Shown here: positions 32,526-42,495 of the stretch, piece by piece | Layout: the number at the start of each line of letters is the position of its first letter | Position numbering within the stretch: the stretch's first letter is position 1 | From: an uncultured Solibacteraceae bacterium | GTDB lineage: Bacteria; Acidobacteriota; Holophagae; Holophagales; Holophagaceae | NCBI GenBank assembly: GCA_964434895.1 | Contig: CAYSXG010000001.1 | Coordinates: 1,701-65,700, forward strand | Reading direction: 5' to 3' | Length of the DNA: 64,000 nucleotides | Notes under the pieces: generated by a model | Database searches by the model: none | Seen by the model: the letters and a program-made list of their open reading frames with translations, nothing else | What the model was told of the DNA's origin: nothing | Translations under genes and position numbers: made by a program

Positions 32526-34076
32526 ATGACCCAGACCCTGCATCCACTCTACGGCGAGATCGCCACGGACACCGCCATCGCCAAGTCTATCCCGGCCCCG
32601 CCCGGGGTTTATGAAGGCTTCTCGCCCCGGGTCATCGGTTCCCAGCCGGGCACCCTGATCCTGGACCCCGGGCCCCGAGGCTTCTCCAACTGGCGAGCCA
32701 ACGGGGGCACCGTGGCCGACATGATGATTCAGGAGGATGCGATGGTCTCCGTCCCCCTCCAGGCAGCGCCGTCTGCGGGCCAGAAGCGCATCGACATCCT
32801 GGTGGGCCTGTGGTCCTGGCAGGCGGGCCCCGTGAACTGGGCCACGGGAAAGCCCCTGGGCGTGCTTGCCAGCTCCCAGCAGGCCGCCTACGCCATCCTT
32901 CAGGGCACGGCCGCCAGCTCCAACCCCCAGGACCCTGCCATCCCCAGCCCCTTCGACGGCAGTGGGCGCATTGCGGTTCCGCTTGTCCGGATCTCCTACA
33001 TGGGCGGCAATGGGAACCGGCCGGATTGGGTAGAGCTCTGGGATGCTTCAGACCACCGCCGCCAGCGCCGCGCCGAGGCCCAGGTGGCCCTCTGGCAGCG
33101 GGGCGGCGCAGGATGGGCCCTGAGCAATTTCACGGGCCACGCCGATGTCGCTTACGTCAGCAACAACACCATCGTCGTGCTTCGGCAGGGCTATTACCGC
33201 CTGGACGCCTACTCCTCAAACGCCGCCGACGCAGTGACGATCACCGCCCCCGACACCACCGGGACCAACCAGAACTTCACGGGCACCGGAAGCGTGAGCT
33301 GCACCGGGTACATGCGGGCCGGAGGCGTGGTGAACGCCAGTGGCAACAACGCCAGCTCCGTTCTCACGGGCACCATCACCTACCTGGGCGACAACGCGGG
33401 ATCCGTGACCCTGATCCAGGCCTTCTCCATCGACACCCCCGCCAGCCTCACGCTCAACTCCAGCCAGACGACGCCGGATCCGTACTTCACGGGCATCACC
33501 ACCCGCGGGGCCCGGAACCCCGTGACCTTCTCCCTAGGGGCCACCACTCTGCCGGGCGCCGCCATCGACCCCAATTCGGGCTACTTCTCCGCCGCCGTGA
33601 CCACGCACGGGTCCTGGACGGCCACGGTCCAGGCTCTGGACGCCCTGGGCCGTTCCGTCTCCAAGGTCATCACCTTCACCATGCCGGCCCTATCGACCGC
33701 AGGACAGCGCAGCATCCTCCTTGGCAACCCACCCGTGACCTGGCCCAACACCATCGACCTGTCTTTGGGGTGGGATGGGGCCATCGCCCAGGCGCTCCAG
33801 AACTACATCGGGCCCATGATCTGGGCCAGCCCCACCATCGCCCGCAACAACGGGGGCCTAGCCGGGGCCACCTGGACCACCGGCAGCGATCAGGTGAGCG
33901 CGGTGGTGGTGAGCGGGAACACCCTGCGCCTCTCCATCCCCATGGAGCGGCCCGCGACCGCCGTGGTCAACAGCCAGACGGTGCTCTGCGGCTGGTATGA
34001 CATCACCCTTCAGGCCACGGACAGCGCGGGCCAGAGCGTCACGATCCAGGCCCGTGTGGGCTACAGCAGCTTCTGA
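32526..34076 (+). CDS. Tail fibre / receptor-binding-like protein
   Basis: 516 aa with a beta-rich T/S/G/A composition, located in the fibre block. Confidence 0.5.
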   Translation: MTQTLHPLYGEIATDTAIAKSIPAPPGVYEGFSPRVIGSQPGTLILDPGPRGFSNWRANGGTVADMMIQEDAMVSVPLQAAPSAGQKRIDILVGLWSWQAGPVNWATGKPLGVLASSQQAAYAILQGTAASSNPQDPAIPSPFDGSGRIAVPLVRISYMGGNGNRPDWVELWDASDHRRQRRAEAQVALWQRGGAGWALSNFTGHADVAYVSNNTIVVLRQGYYRLDAYSSNAADAVTITAPDTTGTNQNFTGTGSVSCTGYMRAGGVVNASGNNASSVLTGTITYLGDNAGSVTLIQAFSIDTPASLTLNSSQTTPDPYFTGITTRGARNPVTFSLGATTLPGAAIDPNSGYFSAAVTTHGSWTATVQALDALGRSVSKVITFTMPALSTAGQRSILLGNPPVTWPNTIDLSLGWDGAIAQALQNYIGPMIWASPTIARNNGGLAGATWTTGSDQVSAVVVSGNTLRLSIPMERPATAVVNSQTVLCGWYDITLQATDSAGQSVTIQARVGYSSF

Positions 34077-34089
34077 CGAGGAGGAGAGT

Positions 34090-34551
34090 ATGGCCCCAGC
34101 CTTCCAGAACGGCGATGTCGTGATGCTCCGCGGCAAGGGGCCCATCGGTTGGCTGGTCCGCCACTGGACCGCCAGTCCCTGGGCCCACTGCGGCGTGGTC
34201 TACCACTTCGAGGGGCATCCCATGCTCATCGACTGCGCTCCCAAGGTCGGTGCCCGCATGACGGGCCTGGTGCGCTACCAGCCGGCCGCCGTCCTCCAGG
34301 CCGTGGCGCCGCAGTGGACCGATGAGGCATCCCAGATCGTCGCGGACCACCTCGGTGACACCTACAGCGATGTGGATGCCATCCGGGGCGGCCTCGCCCT
34401 CCGGCCCACCTCCCAGGGCCTGGAATGTGCCGAATTCGCGGCCATGATCCTCCGGGGGCTGGGGCATCAAATCCCCGCCGAGGCCGCCACACCGCAAAGC
34501 CTTGGCAAAGTGCTCCTGGAGTCCGGGGCCTACACCCTCCGGATGGCCTAA
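34090..34551 (+). CDS. Permuted papain-fold (YiiX/NlpC-P60-like) peptidase
   Basis: Internal ATG (residue 32) of track ORF 33997..34551. GDVVMLRGKGPIGWLVRHWTASPWAHCGVVY plus GLECAEFAAMIL fit the His...Cys permuted arrangement by eye. Confidence 0.5.
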   Translation: MAPAFQNGDVVMLRGKGPIGWLVRHWTASPWAHCGVVYHFEGHPMLIDCAPKVGARMTGLVRYQPAAVLQAVAPQWTDEASQIVADHLGDTYSDVDAIRGGLALRPTSQGLECAEFAAMILRGLGHQIPAEAATPQSLGKVLLESGAYTLRMA

Positions 34552-34576
34552 AGCCGGACCACGGCGAACTCGGATT

Positions 34577-34593
34577 GCGCTCGTGCCGAGCGC
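34577..34593 (+). terminator. Hairpin after the fibre block (weak terminator candidate)
   Basis: Stem GCGCTCG, loop tgc, stem CGAGCGC, followed by AAAATATT (no clean T-run). A second hairpin, CCTCGTgctacaACGAGG, lies at 34611..34628. Confidence 0.3.
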
Positions 34594-34640
34594 AAAATAT
34601 TGCGCAAAATCCTCGTGCTACAACGAGGTCTGGAGGTCGT

Positions 34641-34853
34641 ATGCGTCCAGTTGACCCACGCAAAAAGGAGGCTCTGGCTGATGCCGAGGCCGTGCTAGGT
34701 GTACCCCTCACCAACCCCAGGCCGTGCCGTGGAGGGTGGATTTTCACGCTCGTGGGCCGCTCCAACGGCCCGGAATTTCGGTTTCGCGTTGCAGAGGACG
34801 ACCCCTCATGGCGGGACCGGATTTTCCCGCCAGAGTGGCGGGCCTCCCTCTAA
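34641..34853 (+). CDS. Hypothetical 70-aa protein
   Basis: Internal ATG of track ORF 34425..34853, after GGAGG. MRPVDPRKKEALADAEAVLG... Confidence 0.4.
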   Translation: MRPVDPRKKEALADAEAVLGVPLTNPRPCRGGWIFTLVGRSNGPEFRFRVAEDDPSWRDRIFPPEWRASL

Positions 34854-35686
34854 CCTCCCGCGATCACGAGGCCCAGGGTGGTCGCCACATCGGCCTCGAA
34901 GGCCCTCTCCAGGGCGGCCATGTTTTCTGCCAAGGCCAGGTCGATGGCTTGGCGCAGCGGGAAGAACCCCGGCATCGCCGGGCGGATCCATCCCTTGGAC
35001 TTCTCGCTCATGACCCGGAAAGTGAGGTAGCCGGAGGAGCGGCCGTCATGGCCCTTCATCCGGTACATCCCGGCGAATTTCTTGATGTCCCCAGCGTCGA
35101 ACCCCTGTTTCTCCATCCAGGCCTTGTCCACGGAATCGTTCCAGCGGTACGAGAAGCGCGGCACGGTCCATCCGGTGGCCGAGGTGCGGTTCATGGGGGC
35201 TCCCAGGGAGCGGGACCACTTGAACTTCACCACGCGGTCATAGAGGCTCTGCGGCATGGCGGCCATGCCCCGGGTGCCCGGGGTGCCATGGCGAAAGGGG
35301 ATGATGAGGTAGAGCTGGCCGTCCTTCCCGCGCCGAACCCGTTTCGCGTTCGGGAGCATGGCCTTCATGTCGCGCTCGGGGCTCCCCTCCTCCAATGCCT
35401 TGGCCACTGGCGATGGGTTGAAGATCCGCCAAGTCAGGAGGCCCGACTCCTCGCGCCGGACACCCCGCGCCGTGGCGCCCGTGGGATGCTTCACCGCCCG
35501 GCCGTTGGGCGTGACCTCGCGGCCCGAAAGGAAGCCGCGGTAGTGCTCCTCCGCCTTGGCCGAGGCAAACTCAGCCGCCGCGACGAACTCCGGGAAGTCG
35601 GCAGGCCCCAGGCGCTGGGCCAGGGCACCCAAGTCCTCCAGGTTCGCGTTGAACCGGCTCCACTGGATCGCCAGCGTCCCCGTCAT
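34850..35686 (-). CDS. Virion-module protein (278 aa, unknown role)
   Basis: Internal ATG (residue 140) of track ORF 34850..36103, with an ATGA overlap to the spike gene. Confidence 0.45.
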   Translation of the reverse strand: MTGTLAIQWSRFNANLEDLGALAQRLGPADFPEFVAAAEFASAKAEEHYRGFLSGREVTPNGRAVKHPTGATARGVRREESGLLTWRIFNPSPVAKALEEGSPERDMKAMLPNAKRVRRGKDGQLYLIIPFRHGTPGTRGMAAMPQSLYDRVVKFKWSRSLGAPMNRTSATGWTVPRFSYRWNDSVDKAWMEKQGFDAGDIKKFAGMYRMKGHDGRSSGYLTFRVMSEKSKGWIRPAMPGFFPLRQAIDLALAENMAALERAFEADVATTLGLVIAGG

Positions 35687-36441
35687 CCTGTGGGTCCCTT
35701 GAACGTGGCGGGCGAGATCGAGGAGGCCGGGGGCTGAGAGGATGGCTGGCCGGAAGTGCCCCCGCCGGACACCACGCCGGTGTGGGTGTGGGTCTTCGCC
35801 CAGTCCAGGAGGGGGCGCATGCAGAACTCCGCCGCCGCGGACTCGAAGAACGTGTGGGCGAAGCCGGAGAAATCCAACTCGCCCGCCGGCGTGATGGTGA
35901 TGGTGCCGCCGGACGCATGGGCCAGCACCACGCCCCCGCCCTTCTGGAGGGTCAGGGTGCCTGCCGCGGGGTGGGCGACCTGGACCGAAGGCACGGCCAT
36001 GGCAGGCCCCGGCGGCGCGATGCCGGTGCCGTTGCGCTCCAGGTCCGGAAGGGCGGAACCGTCCGGGCTCACTGTCACCCGGAGGCCGGAGGGGTGGGAC
36101 CATTCGGCGCGGCCGTCGCCATGAAGGCGGGACTGGACGCCCGAATCGTGGCGGTGCATCTCCAGGCTGGGCTCTGGGTCGATGAAGTTCCGGTCGCCCC
36201 AGTGGAGGGCCCCGAGCCAGACCAGCAGCCCCTCCAGTTCCGCCACCACGCCCAGCTCCCCAGGCCGGGGGAGGGACACGGCGGCGCCGTGGTGGCCGTG
36301 GGCCCGGGGCACCAGGACCCGCACGAAGCCCTGGGGGTCCGCCGTGGAGCGGTAGGAGCCCACGCCGTCCCGGAACACCACCGAGACCCCATGGGAATCC
36401 GGGTGGACCTCGAAGACGGACGCCAGGTGAAGATCAGCCAC
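35683..36441 (-). CDS. Baseplate central spike (gpV/VgrG-like)
   Basis: GTG start 9 nt after GGAGG. An OB-like N-terminus is followed by a short repetitive beta segment (GGVVLAHASGGTITITPAG). It lies next to the hub gene. Confidence 0.5.
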   Translation of the reverse strand: MADLHLASVFEVHPDSHGVSVVFRDGVGSYRSTADPQGFVRVLVPRAHGHHGAAVSLPRPGELGVVAELEGLLVWLGALHWGDRNFIDPEPSLEMHRHDSGVQSRLHGDGRAEWSHPSGLRVTVSPDGSALPDLERNGTGIAPPGPAMAVPSVQVAHPAAGTLTLQKGGGVVLAHASGGTITITPAGELDFSGFAHTFFESAAAEFCMRPLLDWAKTHTHTGVVSGGGTSGQPSSQPPASSISPATFKGPTG

Positions 36442-38467
36442 GGGACAGCCCTCCAAAAGCCCCCTGGGCCTTGCTCACATCCACCGCAGACCCGTAAGGG
36501 GAGAGACCGGCATTGGTCCAGCCGTTGGACTGCCCCGCGTTCCCGGCCGTGCCGGGGCCCCGGTTGTAGGCGTCGGAGACGTAGCGCCAGAAGTTGGGGT
36601 CCGATTCGGAGCAGCCCTTCGCCTTGATGGCGTCCTTGCAGACCTTGAGGTAAGCGGCGCCTGCGTCGATGGATTTCTTGTCATCCAAGAGGTCGTCCTT
36701 GGTGATCGGAGTGCCGTCCTGGTTCTTGTAGCCCCGGGCCTGGAGGTCCGCGAGGGCGCCGCTTGGGCCGGTGTTGAGCTGCATGAAGCCCAGATCCCCC
36801 GTGCCATTGACCTTCTTGTAGTTCGGGTTGCGGCCCAGGCTGGATTCCTTGCGGGCAGTCTCGGCCACCAGCCACGCCGGCACGCCGTTCCGGGCGGCGG
36901 CGGCGGCCATCTCCTTCGCGTAGGGCACCCCGGAGGCCCCTGCCCCGCCCTTGTCCCGGCTGGGCTCGGGGTCCCGGCCCGTCTCGTGGGCCTCCATGGC
37001 CTTCTGGTGCGGGGCCTTTTCGTCGCCGCGGTCCTGGTATTGCTTGGGCTGGACGTTGACCAGCGACGCGACCGCGCCGGCGTACCCCGCCACCTTCACA
37101 CCATCCATGGCCCGGGCCAGGCCCAGCGTCGTGGCGGCTCGGAGCCCCTCTTCGGTCCACTGGAAGCTGTGCGAGACCGTGGTGAGGTAGGCCGTGGTGG
37201 GGGAACCAAAGCTGGAATCCTCCACGCGGGTTCCAGGCCGGGCCCCCGGGATGGGGCGGTCGTACTGGCGGCTCTGGTGGCCGAGGAGGTGCAGGGGCGC
37301 CTCCTGAAGGGCCACCCGCTTGAGCACCTCGTTGATGAGCTTCTGGTAGTTCGAGCCCTGGGCCGGATTCAGGTTGCTCCGGACCTGGCGCGGGGCGAAC
37401 CCGTAGCGGTCCATGCCGATTTGGTCCGCCTGCCAGCCGAGATCCATCTTGTAGAACAGGGCCGAGGGGAAACCGTCCACGAAACAGCCCGCCCCCCAAT
37501 GGAAGGCGTTGACCCGGCTCGCGTCTGAAACCTCGTCCATGAGGGCCAGGGCCGAAGGGGCACCGTCCTGTCCCAGGGTAAGGGTCGGGAGCGCGTTCCA
37601 GTCGTCCGTGTCGCCACCGGCCGGGAAGGGGCGCGGACGATGGACCAGGCGATGGCCCTCCTGCCCAGGGTCCCCTCCGTAGACGAGGAAGAGCTCGTGG
37701 AGATCCGGCTCCGCCAGCCCCTGGAGCAGCTCCCAGTAGCTGCCGGACCAGGTGGTGAGCACCCGCTCGGCGGAGTAGGGCCAGGTGCCCTTGTAGTAGC
37801 TCTTCCAGGTGCCGAAGCCGAAGCCGTCCTTGACGGGGCCTGCGGCGGTGGCGAGCTGGATGGTGGGGCCACTTTTCCCGTCGAGGCCCAGGGCGATGGT
37901 CACGAAGGCCTTGATGATCTCGTGGGGGGCCTTGAAGAGCCCGTCCTTCACCAGCTCCTGATAGGCGGGATAGGCCTGCTTGATCCCGTCCGCCACGGCG
38001 CTTCCGAGGCCCAAGGCCCCTTGCCAGTTGTAGACGGCCTGGGAGAAGAGCTTCTTGAACCCTTCGGCTGCGATGGTGAGGCCGAATCGCACCCCACGGG
38101 CCTCCGCTTGGCGCTGGCGCTTGCGCGAGGACACGAAGCCGTCATGGGCGAGGCGGAGCTCACCCTCACCGCTGTAGCCGAACTCGATGCGGAGGTGGTC
38201 ATTGGGCCGAACCAGCTCCGCGAGCTTTTGGGAAAGAGGGGACCATCCGAATTGCAGGGTGCCCGACTGGCCCTCCAGCGCCTCGGAGGTGTGGATGGCC
38301 GTGAGGCCCGAAGGGGCCCCCTCAAAGAGCACATCCGACCCCACCACCAGCTTCGCTCCCTCCCAAGACGTGAAGGTGAAGACGTAGGGCTTCTGGCCCG
38401 GCAGAGTCGGGCTGGTGCTCTCCAGGATCACTTTGAGCCGGAGGAGCAGGACTTCGGGTCCGCTCAC
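36434..38467 (-). CDS. Baseplate hub-like protein with a C-terminal lytic transglycosylase domain
   Basis: GTG 38467 overlaps the upstream stop. The C-terminal SLT motifs are ETARKESSLGRNPNY...GDLGFMQLN...AYNRGPG. Confidence 0.6.
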   Translation of the reverse strand: MSGPEVLLLRLKVILESTSPTLPGQKPYVFTFTSWEGAKLVVGSDVLFEGAPSGLTAIHTSEALEGQSGTLQFGWSPLSQKLAELVRPNDHLRIEFGYSGEGELRLAHDGFVSSRKRQRQAEARGVRFGLTIAAEGFKKLFSQAVYNWQGALGLGSAVADGIKQAYPAYQELVKDGLFKAPHEIIKAFVTIALGLDGKSGPTIQLATAAGPVKDGFGFGTWKSYYKGTWPYSAERVLTTWSGSYWELLQGLAEPDLHELFLVYGGDPGQEGHRLVHRPRPFPAGGDTDDWNALPTLTLGQDGAPSALALMDEVSDASRVNAFHWGAGCFVDGFPSALFYKMDLGWQADQIGMDRYGFAPRQVRSNLNPAQGSNYQKLINEVLKRVALQEAPLHLLGHQSRQYDRPIPGARPGTRVEDSSFGSPTTAYLTTVSHSFQWTEEGLRAATTLGLARAMDGVKVAGYAGAVASLVNVQPKQYQDRGDEKAPHQKAMEAHETGRDPEPSRDKGGAGASGVPYAKEMAAAAARNGVPAWLVAETARKESSLGRNPNYKKVNGTGDLGFMQLNTGPSGALADLQARGYKNQDGTPITKDDLLDDKKSIDAGAAYLKVCKDAIKAKGCSESDPNFWRYVSDAYNRGPGTAGNAGQSNGWTNAGLSPYGSAVDVSKAQGAFGGLSRG

Positions 38468-39663
38468 GCCAGGACCCAGGTGGCGGTGTCCAGGGCGCAG
38501 CGCCAGCCCAGCGTGACGACCGAACCCACGCTGTAGGGGGCGATGTCGGCGGCGACCGGGGGCGCGGTGAAGCTCGGGGCTCCATCCACCACCCGCCAAA
38601 GGTAGAGGTCCACCTCGGCCACATCGGGGTCCGCAGCCTGGAGGATGGAGGAGAGGCGCTGGTAGGAGCAGGTTGCCCCGGCACCCAAGCTCCCAAAGTA
38701 GGCCTGGGCCGTGGCGGTGAGGGCGGCCTGGATGTCGTCCCAGCGGGCCGAGCCGCCGGGGACCAGCTTCACGGCGCCCTGGACCCGCAGGGGCACCCGC
38801 TGGACGCTCATGAGGTTCACCCGGACCCCCGCCACCTTCCAGCCGGGGACTTGGCTGCCATCGTTGGCGATGTAGCCGTTGACCGTGCGCAGGACGGCCG
38901 TGGCCACGTCCGGCTGGACCGAAAGCCCGCCGATCCCATCGTCCACGAAGAGCCAGACCAGGCCCGCATAGGGCACCCCGTCCGGTGTCGGCGTGAGCTG
39001 GCAGGGGTCCACCGTCTTCGCGGAGAGCACCATGCCGGTGCTGAGGGCGGCGTACTCCAGGGCCTCCGCCGTGCCGCGGACCAGGGTGGACACGAAGGCC
39101 TGGAAGCGCACGGCCCGCGCCTCTTCCGTTTCCTCGTTCGCCCCGCCCACAGCAGGGTCCGGGTTCGTCACCAGATCCACACCAGCCACAGGAACGACCA
39201 TGCGGGTCAGCGTGGCGGCCGGGATGTTGCCAGCCGGGCCGGCCTCCAGGGCCTCGGCCATCACCGCAGCCGATACCGCAGCCACCGCAGGGATGGTGGC
39301 ATCGGCCAGGGTGACGAAGCGGGTGCCGCTGGTGGAGATGAGCGCGGCACCCGCTGGCACCGTCAGATCACTGGCGGGGGGCACCAGCGCGGTGAACAGC
39401 ACCGAGACGCGGGCCTTCACCGGAGGCAGGAGGGAGAAGCCGAAGGCGGCGTAGCAGGCCTGGGGAATCGCTTGGGCCAGGGCCTGGGCGGTGCGGACCT
39501 CGTGTTCCTCGATGGAGACGGCCACCGCTTCCAGGTGGGCCCGCTCCAGGGAGCCCGGTACCAGGTCGGACGGGAGCACCCCATCCGCGAGGTCGGGATT
39601 CCCGGCCAGCCAGTTCACCATGTCAAGGGTGATGCTCGAAAAGTCCCGGGGCACGAAGGTCAA
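38464..39663 (-). CDS. Baseplate J-like protein
   Basis: 399 aa. EAGPAGNIPAATLTRMVVPVAGVDLVTNPDPAVGGANEETEEARAVRF is the gpJ/gp6 signature. Confidence 0.75.
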   Translation of the reverse strand: MTFVPRDFSSITLDMVNWLAGNPDLADGVLPSDLVPGSLERAHLEAVAVSIEEHEVRTAQALAQAIPQACYAAFGFSLLPPVKARVSVLFTALVPPASDLTVPAGAALISTSGTRFVTLADATIPAVAAVSAAVMAEALEAGPAGNIPAATLTRMVVPVAGVDLVTNPDPAVGGANEETEEARAVRFQAFVSTLVRGTAEALEYAALSTGMVLSAKTVDPCQLTPTPDGVPYAGLVWLFVDDGIGGLSVQPDVATAVLRTVNGYIANDGSQVPGWKVAGVRVNLMSVQRVPLRVQGAVKLVPGGSARWDDIQAALTATAQAYFGSLGAGATCSYQRLSSILQAADPDVAEVDLYLWRVVDGAPSFTAPPVAADIAPYSVGSVVTLGWRCALDTATWVLA

Positions 39664-40244
39664 GGGTTCACCTGTCCAGAAAGGGCGATCCGGCCCAGCA
39701 CCGTGTCCACCTCGGCCGTGATGCTGAGGGCGTCAAGACCCGCGAGGACCGCCACGGAAAGCACCTCCACCACGCGGGGATCCGACCGGAGCACGGAAGC
39801 CACCTCCAGGCGGGCCTGGATCGCCAGAGGGACGTCCAGGGGGCGGCCCAGGAAGGCCTGGAGGCCGCTTCCATAGGTGGGGTGCTGGGGCAGATAGCCT
39901 CGCGGGGTCTGGAGGCGGCGCAGCAGGGCGCCGGCGAGGTTTTCAAGGGAGCGCACCAAGCGATCCGGGCCGGTTTCGCTCAGGTCCGTCCCTACGAGGT
40001 CCACCTCGGGGGCGAGCGTCTCCACGCCAGGCTCCCCCGGCACCACCAGGAAGTCGCCCGCGCCGAGAACCTGGCCCCGGGCCGGGATGACCCCAGGAGC
40101 GCCACCCAGTCCCGAAAAATCGAGGTAGGGCCAGACGAGGCCATTGAGGTCCACGATCTCCGGCCAGCGGGCCATGTCGCCCAGCTCCCGGGCCGCGATG
40201 GCCTGAAGGGTGTTCCCCGCGAAGATGGCAACGCGCTTAGACAC
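39660..40244 (-). CDS. LysM-like plus gp25/gpW-like baseplate wedge protein
   Basis: 194 aa. The N-terminal NTLQAIAARELGDMARWPEIVDLNGL resembles LysM. The C-terminal RRLQTPRGYLPQHPTYGSGLQAFLGRPL resembles gp25/gpW. Confidence 0.6.
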   Translation of the reverse strand: MSKRVAIFAGNTLQAIAARELGDMARWPEIVDLNGLVWPYLDFSGLGGAPGVIPARGQVLGAGDFLVVPGEPGVETLAPEVDLVGTDLSETGPDRLVRSLENLAGALLRRLQTPRGYLPQHPTYGSGLQAFLGRPLDVPLAIQARLEVASVLRSDPRVVEVLSVAVLAGLDALSITAEVDTVLGRIALSGQVNP

Positions 40245-41265
40245 GCCGCCCCCCCTGGGCCGCCCGCTTGATCTCGCCGGCGAGGCGCTGGGCGTCCCGG
40301 GCCGCCTTCCGGATGTCGGCGATGTTGGAGCCCGTCACGGCCCGCACGTCCCGGATCGCGTTGCGTGTGTCGTAGAGGATCCCGGTGGCCGCCTGGGCCA
40401 GGGCGTGGGCCTGGTCCGTGATGCCTTGGACGAAAACCTTGCCTTGAGCCAAAGCCGCCTGGGCCTTGGAGCGGATGGCTTTCACGTTCTGGACCATGGT
40501 CTGGAGGTTGGCGAAGAGGCCCTTGTTCTTGTCCCAGGGCTTGAGCCCCAGCTTGTCGAGGGCCGAACTCAGGGCGTCAGCCTTCTGGGCGATGGAGGCC
40601 GCAGTGCCCGCCAGGGGGCCTCCCACCGGATCCTTCTTGGCCGGATCCTTGGTCTCCTCTCCGAGAACCAGGAAGCTCCAGTCCCAGTCCCACGCCATGG
40701 GGTTGGCGTTGGAGCGGGTCCAAGAGGGCGCCGACTCTGGCTGGATCCAGAGGAGGCGGTATTGGAGTTCCGAAGGGCCGCCCCCCGTGATGAGGAACTG
40801 GAGGCGGAGGGCGGCCTTGTTCTCCTGGAGGCGCTTCTGGTTGGCCGCGGCAAAGTCCACAAAGAAGGCCTGGACATCCTCGGCCGCCGCGAGGCCCAGC
40901 GTCTTCTCCGCGTCGCGATTCTTGTTGTCCGGGCCCATGGGGCCCCAGACGCCATGCGTCCCGTTGATCGACCAGCGCCCCAGGCCGGGGCCGCCATCCA
41001 AGGCGCTCACCTTGCCGGCGGCGTCCACAGTGGCCTGGCCACGCCAGGGGCGCACAGCGTTCAGGCTCTGCGGCGGCATGAGGAAGGCCACCTTGTTCAC
41101 TTCCTTCCCTGCCTCGTCCACGGAGCGGATGAGGTAGGAGGCCAGCTTGGGCGCCGTGCCCGCTTTGGAGGCCTCGCCCGTCACCGCCACGGTGGCTCCC
41201 GGGATCGACGGTAGGCCCGGCACCTTCGAGGCGAAGGACCCAAGGATTGCTCCGAAGTCAGGCAT
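40237..41265 (-). CDS. Virion protein (342 aa, unknown role)
   Basis: Track ORF lying between the head and baseplate genes, with a helical C-terminus. Confidence 0.45.
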   Translation of the reverse strand: MPDFGAILGSFASKVPGLPSIPGATVAVTGEASKAGTAPKLASYLIRSVDEAGKEVNKVAFLMPPQSLNAVRPWRGQATVDAAGKVSALDGGPGLGRWSINGTHGVWGPMGPDNKNRDAEKTLGLAAAEDVQAFFVDFAAANQKRLQENKAALRLQFLITGGGPSELQYRLLWIQPESAPSWTRSNANPMAWDWDWSFLVLGEETKDPAKKDPVGGPLAGTAASIAQKADALSSALDKLGLKPWDKNKGLFANLQTMVQNVKAIRSKAQAALAQGKVFVQGITDQAHALAQAATGILYDTRNAIRDVRAVTGSNIADIRKAARDAQRLAGEIKRAAQGGRRV

Positions 41266-42044
41266 CAGAGCACCATGAGATCGGGGCCGTCCCAGAGGCC
41301 GAGGAGGTGATCGCGCACCATGTCCGCCTCAGCCTGGAGGCGGTCCTCCAAGTCCTTGTAAACGAAGCCGGAGGCGCGGGATTGGGAGAGGCCATCCGCC
41401 GAGAGGCTGGTGAGAATCTCAGGGTTCGCCAGCAGTGAGAGCTGGGGCAGCACCTGGATGGAGGCCCGCAGGGCCACCAGGCGGCCCACCTGGGGCCACT
41501 TGGCCAGCCCCGCAGGACCGAGGCCGGCTGTGTAGTTCAACAGAACGGCGTCCGGAAGCTGGCGGCCCGTGAGGCCGATGACCGGGCCTGCCATGCCGGT
41601 GAACATGAAGGGAGCCCCCATGGGACTGGGGGCGATGAGGACTTCACCCGGAATGTGGTCCACCCGGAACCAGGAGAGGGGCATCGCCACGGGGGACTGG
41701 ATGCCGCCCGGGAAACTCAGGGTCACGCCCTTGAGCTCCACCAGGGGCCGGACCTTGGAGCGCAGCCGCGGGAAGCCATCCGAGGGAATGGAGCCGGGCC
41801 AGACGTAGGGCCCTTCCTGCTCAGGGTCCGCCGCAGCGTCCCAGGGGCCTACCCCCATGCCGGACTGGAATTCCTTGATCTGGAGACGGGTCGAAAGCTC
41901 CTGCTCCACCCACGCTTCCGCCTCCAGGATCGCCCCGTCCAAGTCCCCGTTCGAGATGGACTCGAAGCGGGCCCCAGGCCCAATGAGGCCCGAGAGGAGC
42001 CCGGCCCGGAGGGTGGCGGCAGTGATCCCGGAGGCGTCGCTCAT
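41265..42044 (-). CDS. Virion protein (259 aa, possible head-tail connector)
   Basis: Track ORF. The assignment rests on position only. Confidence 0.4.
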   Translation of the reverse strand: MSDASGITAATLRAGLLSGLIGPGARFESISNGDLDGAILEAEAWVEQELSTRLQIKEFQSGMGVGPWDAAADPEQEGPYVWPGSIPSDGFPRLRSKVRPLVELKGVTLSFPGGIQSPVAMPLSWFRVDHIPGEVLIAPSPMGAPFMFTGMAGPVIGLTGRQLPDAVLLNYTAGLGPAGLAKWPQVGRLVALRASIQVLPQLSLLANPEILTSLSADGLSQSRASGFVYKDLEDRLQAEADMVRDHLLGLWDGPDLMVL

Positions 42045-42047
42045 GGG

Positions 42048-42431
42048 CTACTTCTTCCGGCCCTTGGCCTGGTCGAGCTTGGCCTGATCCTCGGCCAGCT
42101 TGGCCTTGGCAGCCTCCTCGGCGGCGGCATCCTGGGCAGCCTCGGCGGCGGCCACCGCCTGGGCGTCAGCATCCACCGCGGCCTGGTCGGCGGCAATCTC
42201 GGCGTCCAGGGAACCCTCGTCCTCCGCCGGAGCCGGGGGATTCGGCTCGAAGAAGGTCAGGGAGCCGCCGAATGGCTTGAAGGCGGGCACCCGCAGGAGG
42301 TGCTCGGCCTGTTCGGACGTGGCCATGCCCACGAAGATGCCGTCCTCCTTCTCGGCGAAGTGGATGTCGTTGACGATGGGGGGATCGCAGGGGGCGCCCA
42401 GATGGGCGATGGGAACGAGCTCCTGGCTCAT
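42048..42431 (-). CDS. Head-associated protein (127 aa)
   Basis: Internal ATG (residue 51) of track ORF 42048..42581, after GGAGG. The tail is acidic and A/K-rich. Confidence 0.45.
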   Translation of the reverse strand: MSQELVPIAHLGAPCDPPIVNDIHFAEKEDGIFVGMATSEQAEHLLRVPAFKPFGGSLTFFEPNPPAPAEDEGSLDAEIAADQAAVDADAQAVAAAEAAQDAAAEEAAKAKLAEDQAKLDQAKGRKK

Positions 42432-42495
42432 GGGTCCTCCAGAAAGGAAATCGCCGGGGCAGGAAGCCCCACCCCGGCGCAGTTGAGGGAAGGCC

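Noticed and set aside
29110-34076. A diversity-generating retroelement acting on the fibre genes.
   Set aside because: No reverse transcriptase gene is present, and I saw no template/variable repeat pair anywhere in the window.
28385-34853. The plus-strand fibre block, flanked by minus-strand blocks, as an invertible (Mu G / P1 C-like) segment.
   Set aside because: I found no inverted repeats at the two boundaries (28275..28384 against 34552..34640). No serine invertase gene is adjacent, and whole genes rather than alternative C-termini are enclosed.
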